IMG/VR virus record: IMGVR_UViG_3300025141_000053
Coordinates: 1 to 32,000 of that record
Source of the DNA: a virus
Reading direction: 5' to 3' (one strand)
Length of the DNA stretch: 32,000 nucleotides
This document shows, piece by piece, positions 1-7,397 of the stretch. The translations under genes and the position numbers were made by a program. The notes under the pieces were generated by a model. It made no database searches. It worked only from the letters and a program-made list of their open reading frames with translations, and was not told the origin of the DNA. Each line of letters starts with the position of its first letter. Position 1 is the first letter of the stretch.

Positions 1-125
1 ATAGTATATGGGCAAAAGCTGGCAGATCACTATATAATGATGAATTTGTAACTTATTATCCATCTGGTAATAATCAGCAATTTAATTTAAGATATATACT
101 TGAGGTTGAAACTCAAGCGAAATAA
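1..125 (+). CDS. 3' end of an upstream CDS (partial, unknown function)
   Basis: The reading frame is open from the window edge to TAA at 123-125 (...SLYNDEFVTYYPSGNNQQFNLRYILEVETQAK*). It is on the same strand as the rest of the block. No homology recognised. Confidence 0.4.
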   Translation, partial: SIWAKAGRSLYNDEFVTYYPSGNNQQFNLRYILEVETQAK

Positions 126-170
126 TTTATCAACTAAAGCGAAAACTTATTAACAACCTAACATTAAGAT

Positions 171-740
171 ATGACAAAAAGAATAAATATAAATTATATA
201 AAAGAATTTGCTGAAAGTAAAAATGGTAAATTGCTTTCAAAAGAGTATAAGAATAATAGTTCAAGAATAAGATTTAAGTGCCGTAATTGCAATTTTGAAT
301 GGAATACAATATGGAAATCTGTATCCAAGGGAAGTTGGTGTCCAAATTGTTGCAAGAAACTTACAAGTAGGAGAAAAATGATAGTTTTTATTAGTGGCCA
401 TTTAGATTTGACAGAAGAAGAATTTGAAAAACATTATGTTTCACATATCAAAAAACATATTGCTAATAACGATGACTTTATAGTTGGAGATGCTAAGGGA
501 TGTGACCTTATGGCTCAAGATTATTTAGCAAAACATATCACTGATTCTGATAAGGTATATATTTATCACATGCACGGTAAGCCCAGAAATAATCCAAATA
601 ATTTTTCTGAAGAAGGTGGATTTAAATCAGACACTGGAAGAGATTCCACAATGACAGATGATTCTGATATTGATATAGCACGGGTTAGACCTGGAAGAGA
701 AAAGTCAGGAACTGTAAAGAATTTAGCAAGAAGAAAGTAA
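171..740 (+). CDS. Zinc-ribbon domain fused to a SLOG/YpsA-like Rossmann-type domain (hypothetical)
   Basis: 189-aa ORF. The N-terminus has a CxxC...CxxC ribbon (RFKCRNCNFEW...WCPNCC). The C-terminal part (MIVFISGHLDLTEEEF...FIVGDAKGCDLMAQDYL) resembles SLOG-type nucleotide-binding folds. Assignment is by pattern memory only. Confidence 0.6.
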   Translation: MTKRININYIKEFAESKNGKLLSKEYKNNSSRIRFKCRNCNFEWNTIWKSVSKGSWCPNCCKKLTSRRKMIVFISGHLDLTEEEFEKHYVSHIKKHIANNDDFIVGDAKGCDLMAQDYLAKHITDSDKVYIYHMHGKPRNNPNNFSEEGGFKSDTGRDSTMTDDSDIDIARVRPGREKSGTVKNLARRK

Positions 741-856
741 TCAAATTCGTTTAAGTAGGTGAAAAACTATAAATAGGTATCTTTTCAACTAATAATTTTG
801 TATTAAAATATATGATATTCGAAAAAACATATATTTTTTAATGGAGGTGTTATTAG

Positions 857-1525
857 TTGAAACATACTTTAATTTTATTATCTATCTTATTATCTTTACT
901 TATTCCGAGTCTTACCGCTTCTCAACCACTTAATCCGGTAATCAAAAGACCATTTTTATCTAGCGTATCTGTTACAGATTCTAGTGGCAATATCATTGGA
1001 AGTGGGGTTATCATAGATAGAAAATGTAAGTTACAAGTATTAACTGCCGCACATGTTATTGAATATATGCAAAAGAAAAAGAAAAACATATATGTATTAA
1101 GTCCAATACGTTTCGGACTTGTCCCAATGAAGGTAATAAAAATTGATAGTAATATTGATTTAGCTTTACTTAGTGGGATTAAAAAAACAAAAACCACAAA
1201 AAATATCGCAGTTCGATTAGCAGTATCTATGCCACTTTTGGGTGACACTGTTTGGATGATAAGTAGTCCAAGTGGTCATCACAATATTATAACAAAAGGT
1301 ATTTTAAGTCATCTATTAATCCATAAAAGAAAAGGTAAGACCAAAAAGATTTTGCTTTTTGGCACAACAGCAACGGGGTTTTTTGCGAGTTCCGGTGGTG
1401 GGTTATTTAACAAGAATGGAGATTTGATAGGCATATTTCATATGATTATATCAACAAGATTTGGTGTACTTCCCGGTGGATATTATTCTGTGTCCTTACC
1501 ACATATTGTAAATTTTTTAAAATAA
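857..1525 (+). CDS. Secreted trypsin-like (S1/chymotrypsin fold) serine protease, paralog 1
   Basis: His/Asp/Ser triad contexts are LTAAHVI, IDLALL and ASSGGGLF. An N-terminal signal peptide is present (LILLSILLSLLIPSLTASQ). The TTG start lies 7 nt after GGAGGTG. Confidence 0.8.
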   Translation: MKHTLILLSILLSLLIPSLTASQPLNPVIKRPFLSSVSVTDSSGNIIGSGVIIDRKCKLQVLTAAHVIEYMQKKKKNIYVLSPIRFGLVPMKVIKIDSNIDLALLSGIKKTKTTKNIAVRLAVSMPLLGDTVWMISSPSGHHNIITKGILSHLLIHKRKGKTKKILLFGTTATGFFASSGGGLFNKNGDLIGIFHMIISTRFGVLPGGYYSVSLPHIVNFLK

Positions 1526-1547
1526 TAATAAATAAAAGTACCAAAAT

Positions 1548-1570
1548 GGCGCAAACATGCGCCTTTTTTA
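1548..1570 (+). terminator. Rho-independent terminator after protease 1
   Basis: GGCGCA-aaca-TGCGCC stem (1548-1563) followed by TTTTTT. Confidence 0.75.
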
Positions 1571-1642
1571 TTTATACCAAAAAAAACATACTAATTAATT
1601 CATATTCAAAAAAGAGGCAAGTCTGTCTGGGAGGTATATTTT

Positions 1643-2344
1643 TTGAAATATAAATTGTTTTCTTATTTTCTTTGTTTTATCGTTCTTTTATCGTTTATGT
1701 CTTGTGGCCCACCAAATCCTATATTTAAATCCATTAATACCAAATTAATCAATGCTAAAATATATACACAGTATAATGCAAGTGTGTCTATAACAGACTC
1801 AAGTCGTAAAATATATGGATCTGGTGTTGTTGTAAAAAAGGGAAAAGATATTTTCGTATTAACTGCAGCGCATGTTATTGAACACATGCAAAAAAAGAAA
1901 ATTGATTTATATATATTGCCATCATTTAATGCTTCTTTAGTAAGAGTAAAAATAGCAAAATTAAATAGTCTTACTGATCTGGCAAAATTAAATATACAGG
2001 AAGATAAAAAGAAGTTTAAATGGTTTGTTAAATTGGCAAAATCTCCTCCTTTAATTGGAGATACTGTTTGGATGATAAGTAGTCCAAAAGGAGACGCAAA
2101 TTTAGTTACAAAAGGTATTGTGAGTAAACATTTGGCTTTTTTTAAGAAGAAACATAAAAAGTATATTGTTGTGACAAGTATAACAGCATCTGGTTTTTTC
2201 GGATCATCTGGTGGTGGAGTATTCAATGACCATGGAGAATTAATAGGTATTTTTCATATGATATCACACATATTTGGTTATGGGAAATTGCCTGGTGGTA
2301 ATTATGCAGTGTCATTATTACATTTAAAAGAATTTTTAAAATAG
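1643..2344 (+). CDS. Trypsin-like serine protease, paralog 2, probable lipoprotein
   Basis: Same triad contexts as paralog 1 (LTAAHVIEHMQKKK, TDLAKL, GSSGGGVF). The signal peptide ends in a lipobox-like LSFMSC. The TTG start lies 7 nt after GGGAGGT. It shares an identical 23-nt stretch (actgtttggatgataagtagtcc) with paralog 1. Confidence 0.8.
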   Translation: MKYKLFSYFLCFIVLLSFMSCGPPNPIFKSINTKLINAKIYTQYNASVSITDSSRKIYGSGVVVKKGKDIFVLTAAHVIEHMQKKKIDLYILPSFNASLVRVKIAKLNSLTDLAKLNIQEDKKKFKWFVKLAKSPPLIGDTVWMISSPKGDANLVTKGIVSKHLAFFKKKHKKYIVVTSITASGFFGSSGGGVFNDHGELIGIFHMISHIFGYGKLPGGNYAVSLLHLKEFLK

Positions 2345-2367
2345 ATTAAATAAATAAGTTACTTAAA

Positions 2368-2392
2368 GGACGCTAATCGCGTCCTTTTTTTT
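2368..2392 (+). terminator. Rho-independent terminator after protease 2
   Basis: GGACGC-taatc-GCGTCC stem followed by T8. Confidence 0.8.
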
Positions 2393-2409
2393 ATGGGAAA
2401 AGGAATGTT

Positions 2410-2577
2410 ATGGAAAAAGAACAATTGCTGAAGAAATTACAGAAAGAGTTATTTAACACTCCACATATTAGTTATTCAGCAACAAAAAGCGGGTATTATT
2501 TAAAAAAGGCAATTGATAATCAGATATTGAAAGCCGTTGAATTTTTACTTGAAGAACTTATTGAGGAGGAAGATTGA
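2410..2577 (+). CDS. Small hypothetical protein (55 aa, below ORF-track cutoff)
   Basis: ATG at 2410 lies 6 nt after AAGGA. The translation is MEKEQLLKKLQKELFNTPHISYSATKSGYYLKKAIDNQILKAVEFLLEELIEEED. Its TGA overlaps the TTG start of the next gene (TTGA), which suggests translational coupling. Confidence 0.45.
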   Translation: MEKEQLLKKLQKELFNTPHISYSATKSGYYLKKAIDNQILKAVEFLLEELIEEED

Positions 2578-3257
2578 CAAATTATCATTTAAGCAAAAAA
2601 TCATCAAACGTAAAAACTGGTAAAATCCCAGTAACTACATCAGACCGCAAAACTTGTCCAGATGCATGCCCATTTAAGAGTAATGGTTGTTATGCTGAAC
2701 ATGGTCATTTATCTTGGCATTGGAATAAAGTTTCTTCAGGAGAAAGAGGCGTTTCTTTTGACGAGCATATAGAACAATTAAAATCTCTTCCAAAATCACG
2801 AATGAGATTATTTCAAGCAGGAGATATGCCTGGTGTTGGCAATAATATAAACATAAAACAAACAAAAAAATTAGTTAATGCTTTAAAGGGTTTTGAAGTT
2901 TTTACTTATACTCATAAAGATCTTGGTCTTGACAAAAATCGAAAGATCGTTAAGTATTGTAATGATAATGGCTTAACAATTAATCTTAGTGCTAATAGTT
3001 TGACACATGCTGATGAATTAATTGATATGAATATAGGTCCAGTAACAGTGACAATCCCAGAAGGCAGTGGTAAAACAAAAACACCTAAAGGTAGGAAAGT
3101 AATTATTTGCCCGGCAATTATTTCTGATAAAATTCAGTGTGCCAATTGCGGCGGAAAAAAAGGCGCTTTGTGTTGGCGACAAGATAGAAATTATGTTATT
3201 GGATTTCCAGCTCATGGCAGCGGAAAGAAAAAAGTTTCGGAGATAGTAGGAAAGTAA
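2574..3257 (+). CDS. Cys-rich phage protein, GP88-like (tentative)
   Basis: The N-terminal pattern SSNVKTGKIPVTTSDRKTCPDACPFKSNGCYAEHG resembles the TCP..C....CYA signature of the phage GP88 family. TTG start after GAGGAGGA. There are further Cys pairs near the C-terminus (CANCGG..C). Confidence 0.6.
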   Translation: MTNYHLSKKSSNVKTGKIPVTTSDRKTCPDACPFKSNGCYAEHGHLSWHWNKVSSGERGVSFDEHIEQLKSLPKSRMRLFQAGDMPGVGNNINIKQTKKLVNALKGFEVFTYTHKDLGLDKNRKIVKYCNDNGLTINLSANSLTHADELIDMNIGPVTVTIPEGSGKTKTPKGRKVIICPAIISDKIQCANCGGKKGALCWRQDRNYVIGFPAHGSGKKKVSEIVGK

Positions 3258-3892
3258 TGGGATATGTAGAGATAAAAATTGTCCATGATAATATTCTTAT
3301 TGGCAATGCAAAAGAATTAAAAATAGAAAAAGCGACATATCGTGGCCCTGAAGAATACATTAAACCAAAAATAGAATACCAACTATTCAATGCTCATATT
3401 TGGATTCAATGCATGAAAGATAATAATTTTTATGAAACATTAACATGTATTAATCAAAATATAATTTTAGTTGATATTTTGATTATGAAAGATTCAAAAC
3501 TTATAACAACACATAAAAATATTTGGATTAAGCCACATATAAGCAATAAAAGTTTTGATATGAGTTGGAATGATGGCGAGATTGTTTTTGATAGACTAAT
3601 GGGAGAAAAATTGGATGATAAGACCGTAAAGGCAATTACTGGAAAAATGGATGGTGTTTCAATGGGATGTTCTGTTCCGAAACAAAAATGCGAATTATGT
3701 GACCATGTAGAACATCATACACCATTGAGAAAAATTTATTGTGTAGTAGAAAAATTTGGAAATTCAGAATACACCAAAGGTGTTTTTGATAGTAGAGAGA
3801 AGGCGGGAAACGCATTAGAAAATTTTGGAAATAATTATTGCACTAAATATGGGAAACAATTTTTAAATATACGAGAAGTGGAAGTAAAATGA
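3257..3892 (+). CDS. Hypothetical protein, tandem paralog A
   Basis: 211-aa ORF. It is collinear with the next ORF at several blocks: IGNAKELKIEK/IGTADSLIIRK, KCELCDH/NCDLCEY, and LRKIYCVVEK...SREKAGNAL/LKKVYIVHQD...TREKAEAKL. Confidence 0.65.
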   Translation: MGYVEIKIVHDNILIGNAKELKIEKATYRGPEEYIKPKIEYQLFNAHIWIQCMKDNNFYETLTCINQNIILVDILIMKDSKLITTHKNIWIKPHISNKSFDMSWNDGEIVFDRLMGEKLDDKTVKAITGKMDGVSMGCSVPKQKCELCDHVEHHTPLRKIYCVVEKFGNSEYTKGVFDSREKAGNALENFGNNYCTKYGKQFLNIREVEVK

Positions 3893-4509
3893 GTAACAAA
3901 AAAATTACCATATGTCAAAGTGGAAGAATTATTGGGACAGCAGATTCTTTAATAATTCGTAAAGAAAAACTCGGTGGCGAAATAATAAAAACATGTGAAT
4001 TACATAACGTTTCTTTTTCTTGTGCTCAGGAATTATTATTAGGTTGTGATAATATTTTTATTATAGATATTGTTGTTCATGACGAGCAAGATCGTTTTAT
4101 TGAAGATCATAATAATATTCAACTTGAATTTTTCTTCTCAGAACCTATTATAAAGGGTGAGTTGACTAAATTTAAAGTATTAAGAGGGTATCATCAAACA
4201 GAAAATAATTTAAAGTTTATGATGGATGCCATATTTACCCAACTTTCTTTAAGGTCAGAAACAAATTGTGACTTATGTGAGTATAATAATGAATGTAAGT
4301 TACAAAATTATAGACAGAAAGAGTTAAAGAAAGTATATATAGTTCATCAAGATGTTTCATATGAGTTTGGTCGAACTATTGCCATTTGTTCTACAAGAGA
4401 AAAGGCTGAAGCCAAGTTACAGGCATATGCTAGCGAGTGGAATATGGACAATAATAGAATCAAAGATGAATTATTTATAGAAGAATGTGAGATTGACGGA
4501 AATTTATAA
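3889..4509 (+). CDS. Hypothetical protein, tandem paralog B
   Basis: 206-aa ORF that overlaps the previous stop by 4 nt (ATGA). Divergent paralog of 3257..3892. Confidence 0.65.
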   Translation: MSNKKITICQSGRIIGTADSLIIRKEKLGGEIIKTCELHNVSFSCAQELLLGCDNIFIIDIVVHDEQDRFIEDHNNIQLEFFFSEPIIKGELTKFKVLRGYHQTENNLKFMMDAIFTQLSLRSETNCDLCEYNNECKLQNYRQKELKKVYIVHQDVSYEFGRTIAICSTREKAEAKLQAYASEWNMDNNRIKDELFIEECEIDGNL

Positions 4510-4521
4510 AGGAGAGCGAAA

Positions 4522-5235
4522 ATGGATATACAAGCAAAGACAAAAGAAGTAATAGAAAATTTCATTTCTAAGGGTTGGCCGTTTACATCATTGGATGTTA
4601 GTAACGCAGTAAAAAACAGTATTGATAGGGCTGTTAGACACAGAGATGTTGCTCCGGTAGTAAGACAATTGTTTGCTGCCGGTATTATTATTCAAAATGG
4701 ATATGAGAGAGAACTAATTAGTGTAACACTTTCAAATGGTGATCAGAAACAAGCTTTCTTATATCATCATTGGTCAACTAGTGCTAATGCTTATACTGAT
4801 AGATGTCAAGAACCTGTTGTTCCTAAATTGGTAGTAGATGAATCAGATGATAATGTAATGTTGGATGATACAGATGCTATTGATGTTGCCAAATCTGATT
4901 TACAAGGAGCGGCAGTTATATCTCAAGCATCTGATGAAGTAAAAAGAGCACAAAAGAGTGATCATCGTCTTGAAGTTCCTGCTTCTTGGGTCAATGATAT
5001 GGATTGGGACATTGGTGAAGGAATCTATGCCATAAAGGATAATAATAGTCTAGTATTGAAACATGTTGATGATGTTATTTCCAATGATGATGTTGTAGGA
5101 ACTATGGTCATAAGTAATGATTGCCGACTTAGAATAACAAAGAAAGTTCTTGATAGGGTGTTTCAGTCTAGTAGCGCGGGAAATGAATTAATGGTTAGTA
5201 AAAATGCTAAGACAATTACAGTAGACGAAGATTAA
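4522..5235 (+). CDS. Hypothetical protein with two AbrB/SpoVT-like swapped-hairpin motifs (tentative)
   Basis: ATG after AAAGGAGAG. The C-terminal half has two segments, HRLEVPASWVNDM...LVLKH and CRLRITKKVLDRV...ITVDED. These resemble AbrB/MazE-type DNA-binding repeats. Confidence 0.6.
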   Translation: MDIQAKTKEVIENFISKGWPFTSLDVSNAVKNSIDRAVRHRDVAPVVRQLFAAGIIIQNGYERELISVTLSNGDQKQAFLYHHWSTSANAYTDRCQEPVVPKLVVDESDDNVMLDDTDAIDVAKSDLQGAAVISQASDEVKRAQKSDHRLEVPASWVNDMDWDIGEGIYAIKDNNSLVLKHVDDVISNDDVVGTMVISNDCRLRITKKVLDRVFQSSSAGNELMVSKNAKTITVDED

Positions 5236-5249
5236 ATAAATAACTGGGT

Positions 5250-5747
5250 TTGTCAAACCCAAAAGGAGTTGTTCCTATAAAACATAAAAAAATATATAAA
5301 GCATTAATGAATATGGTGAGATGGACAGATCAAATTCAAAAAGAATATAATATTGACAACTATTCTATATTGTCATGGGCAAAAGAGATTTCTACTATTA
5401 AGTTTGGTTTACCAAGAAGAAGTGGACATTCTGTTTTTGCAATTAAATTATCAAGGGAATTTAACAGCCCTCTTATCATAGTTAAAAATAAAAAATTAAA
5501 AGATAGTGTTGAAAAATTGGCATATGATAAGAAGATCAAAAATTTAACTATTTCAACAATTGATAATATTATAGGATGTTCTTTTTGCAACGATGTAGTT
5601 ATAATAGATAATACATTTTTATTTTCAAAAAATGATATTAATAATATTTATATTAACACTTTTTCAAGTAAAGAATCTCGCTGCTGGACAACGCTTGCAA
5701 GTTTTCGCGCAGAATACCAATATCAAAAATTTATATTTTTACAATAA
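5250..5747 (+). CDS. Hypothetical protein
   Basis: 165-aa ORF. The TTG start lies inside a hairpin (5245-5261). The first ATG is at 5307, so the exact start is uncertain. Confidence 0.5.
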   Translation: MSNPKGVVPIKHKKIYKALMNMVRWTDQIQKEYNIDNYSILSWAKEISTIKFGLPRRSGHSVFAIKLSREFNSPLIIVKNKKLKDSVEKLAYDKKIKNLTISTIDNIIGCSFCNDVVIIDNTFLFSKNDINNIYINTFSSKESRCWTTLASFRAEYQYQKFIFLQ

Positions 5748-5756
5748 GGAGAACAC

Positions 5757-5975
5757 ATGAATGACGAAAAATTTACGAGTAGAGTAAGGGTTCAAGTATT
5801 GCTAGACAAATTAAAGAAACATAATGAGCATTTGCTTACATTGGAAAAAGATTCAGTGACGATATTAGCAACAGAAAGGTTATTAAAAGTAACTGTTATT
5901 GAGAAATTGCTTGAAGAGAAGACTGACAAGGAGTTGGATAAGGTTTGGGCTCAAGCAATCAATGAGCAAAAATAA
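5757..5975 (+). CDS. Small hypothetical protein (helical)
   Basis: 72-aa ORF. ATG after AAGGAGAAC. The stop overlaps the next start (TAATG). Confidence 0.55.
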   Translation: MNDEKFTSRVRVQVLLDKLKKHNEHLLTLEKDSVTILATERLLKVTVIEKLLEEKTDKELDKVWAQAINEQK

Positions 5976-6709
5976 TGGCCTGTTCAATTTGTAGAAAAGA
6001 GGGACATAATAAAAACTCATGTCCAAAAACTCCTTTTACATTTTTCGACAGAGATTTTCATTATTCTGGTGCTATAGAATATTCTTGCGAATATGATACT
6101 CCATATGATTGTGATTGTGATTATATACATAGATGTTCAAGGGTTATTGATGAAAAAATAGATAGTGTTAATGTTTTATCTGTAGTGAATCAATTAGTCA
6201 GATATTTGTCAAAATATCATAACAGCCTATTTTCCATGTCTGAAGGAGTAAAATATTGTGTAGATAGGTTTTTAAGAGCAAAAAAAATATACAATGTTGA
6301 TTGCTGGGACATAGAAATTAGCAATGGGTATTATGGAGAAGAAGTAAATGGCATTCACTTTTGTGGTGGACAGAAAGAATTAAATAGAGAACTTTTTAAA
6401 TTAATAAAAATGTCATTTAATAAGCAGGTAGAAGAAACTTTGAAATTTGAATATGGTTTTTTGCTGCCAGAATTAGAAAATCAAAATTGGTCTATATTAG
6501 AAGTTAGTAAATCTGATATAAAATTAGGAAATGAGCGATGGGCTAAAAAGGTTTCATCCGATAATTTTTATAATGATGAAGATAATATGCCAGAAATAAA
6601 AGGTCTGGCGATAAAACAAAATAATCATTATAGATTGATGGATGGTTATCATAGAATATTAGCATCTAAGAATAAAAAAGTTAAAATAATAACAAACAAA
6701 ATCTATTAA
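5975..6709 (+). CDS. CCHC zinc-knuckle / ParB-Sulfiredoxin-like nuclease domain protein
   Basis: The N-terminus CSICRKEGHNKNSC is an exact CX2CX4HX4C knuckle. The C-terminus has YRLMDGYHRILAS, a DGxHR-type ParB N-terminal/nuclease motif. Confidence 0.65.
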   Translation: MACSICRKEGHNKNSCPKTPFTFFDRDFHYSGAIEYSCEYDTPYDCDCDYIHRCSRVIDEKIDSVNVLSVVNQLVRYLSKYHNSLFSMSEGVKYCVDRFLRAKKIYNVDCWDIEISNGYYGEEVNGIHFCGGQKELNRELFKLIKMSFNKQVEETLKFEYGFLLPELENQNWSILEVSKSDIKLGNERWAKKVSSDNFYNDEDNMPEIKGLAIKQNNHYRLMDGYHRILASKNKKVKIITNKIY

Positions 6710-6817
6710 TAATTGGATATATTAACATGAAAACATTAGCTTGACAGTAAGAATTCGCCGGTTTCACCGGTCCAACCCACACAATATCATTATTGTATAA
6801 TAAGGGAAGATCTTCCC

Positions 6818-7096
6818 TTGGGAACATTAGCAGCACAATTAGTTCATGCAGCAGGAGAAACAGGCCCAACTGTGTCTGGAACTCATGCTATCGTTCTATC
6901 TGCGAAAAATGAGAATCATCTCATAAAGATAGAAAAACAACTTTCCAGGAGCAAAATCAAATATCATAGTGTCCGAGAACCAGATAGCCCCTGGAATGGG
7001 GAGCTTATGGCAATTGGACTATATCCTACTAGTGATAGGGATACATTGAAGCCAGTAACCAAAAGGCTCAAGCTTTTAACTAGGAGGAAAAAATGA
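6818..7096 (+). CDS. pth2: Peptidyl-tRNA hydrolase, PTH2 (archaeal/eukaryotic) type; 5' end unresolved
   Basis: The motifs LAAQLVHAA, ...MAIGLYP... and the C-terminal VTKRLKLL match the PTH2 signature (GK.AAQ..HA ... IGP ... VTG.LKLL). Homology continues upstream of the TTG at 6818 (YHYCIIREDLPLG), back to a TAG at 6737-6739, with no canonical start codon in between. See findings. Confidence 0.7.
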   Translation: MGTLAAQLVHAAGETGPTVSGTHAIVLSAKNENHLIKIEKQLSRSKIKYHSVREPDSPWNGELMAIGLYPTSDRDTLKPVTKRLKLLTRRKK

Positions 7097-7386
7097 TAGA
7101 CGTAAAAAAAATGAGAGAAGATTTAATGGGAAAGGATCATACATTATATTGTAGTGTTATGGCACATTTAAGAGGCAAGCTTCATATGACAAAGTTAAAT
7201 GGAGGTACATTGTATGATATTGTTGGAACAGATTGTTGGAGTTATTATGGCTACAATAATAAAGAGTGTATTGCTGATGAGAGAAGACATATGTTTCATT
7301 GGGCCATAAAAGATCAGGCCAAGTATGTTAAAAATACTATAGGTAGATACACAATAGTTGAGGAGATAACAGAAGAAGTAGCATAG
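7093..7386 (+). CDS. Hypothetical protein
   Basis: 97-aa ORF. ATGA overlap with the PTH2 stop, SD AGGAGGAAAA. Confidence 0.6.
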   Translation: MIDVKKMREDLMGKDHTLYCSVMAHLRGKLHMTKLNGGTLYDIVGTDCWSYYGYNNKECIADERRHMFHWAIKDQAKYVKNTIGRYTIVEEITEEVA

Positions 7387-7397
7387 TGTTAAGAGGA

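Noticed and set aside
1663-2226. 187-aa minus-strand ORF antisense to protease paralog 2. The same applies to the other minus-strand track ORFs that lie inside + strand genes: 922..1248, 2674..2865, 3018..3215, 3196..3390, 4347..4565, 5360..5590, 6681..6869, 7195..7428, 8634..8852, 11448..11705, 13029..13277, 13836..14045, 13891..14082, 15296..15523, 16042..16260, 16524..16727, 17245..17499, 17878..18195, 18021..18212, 18265..18504, 19901..20098, 21052..21378, 21634..21900, 21825..22082, 23103..23324, 23553..23756, 30231..30416, 30445..30633, 31337..31690 and 31769..31975.
   Set aside because: Each lies inside or across + strand genes that have clear motifs or coupled starts. Their translations are Phe/Ile/Leu/Ser-rich, as expected for the reverse complement of Lys/Glu/Asn-rich AT-rich coding sequence. 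None has an SD-start arrangement or a recognisable motif.
6741-6801. Perfect TTGACA (6741-6746) and perfect TATAAT (6796-6801) hexamers upstream of the PTH2 gene.
   Set aside because: They are 49 nt apart, far from the 16-19 nt spacing of a sigma70 promoter. Neither has a suitably spaced partner hexamer. Both lie in sequence that appears to be PTH2 coding sequence.
6732-6831. Translational bypass (T4 gene 60-like hop) between the two AACATTAGC copies, considered as the main explanation for the PTH2 start problem.
   Set aside because: It is kept only as a minor alternative. The hop would remove the YHYCIIREDLP segment, which matches the conserved first beta-strand of PTH2. I also see no strong take-off hairpin around 6739-6760.
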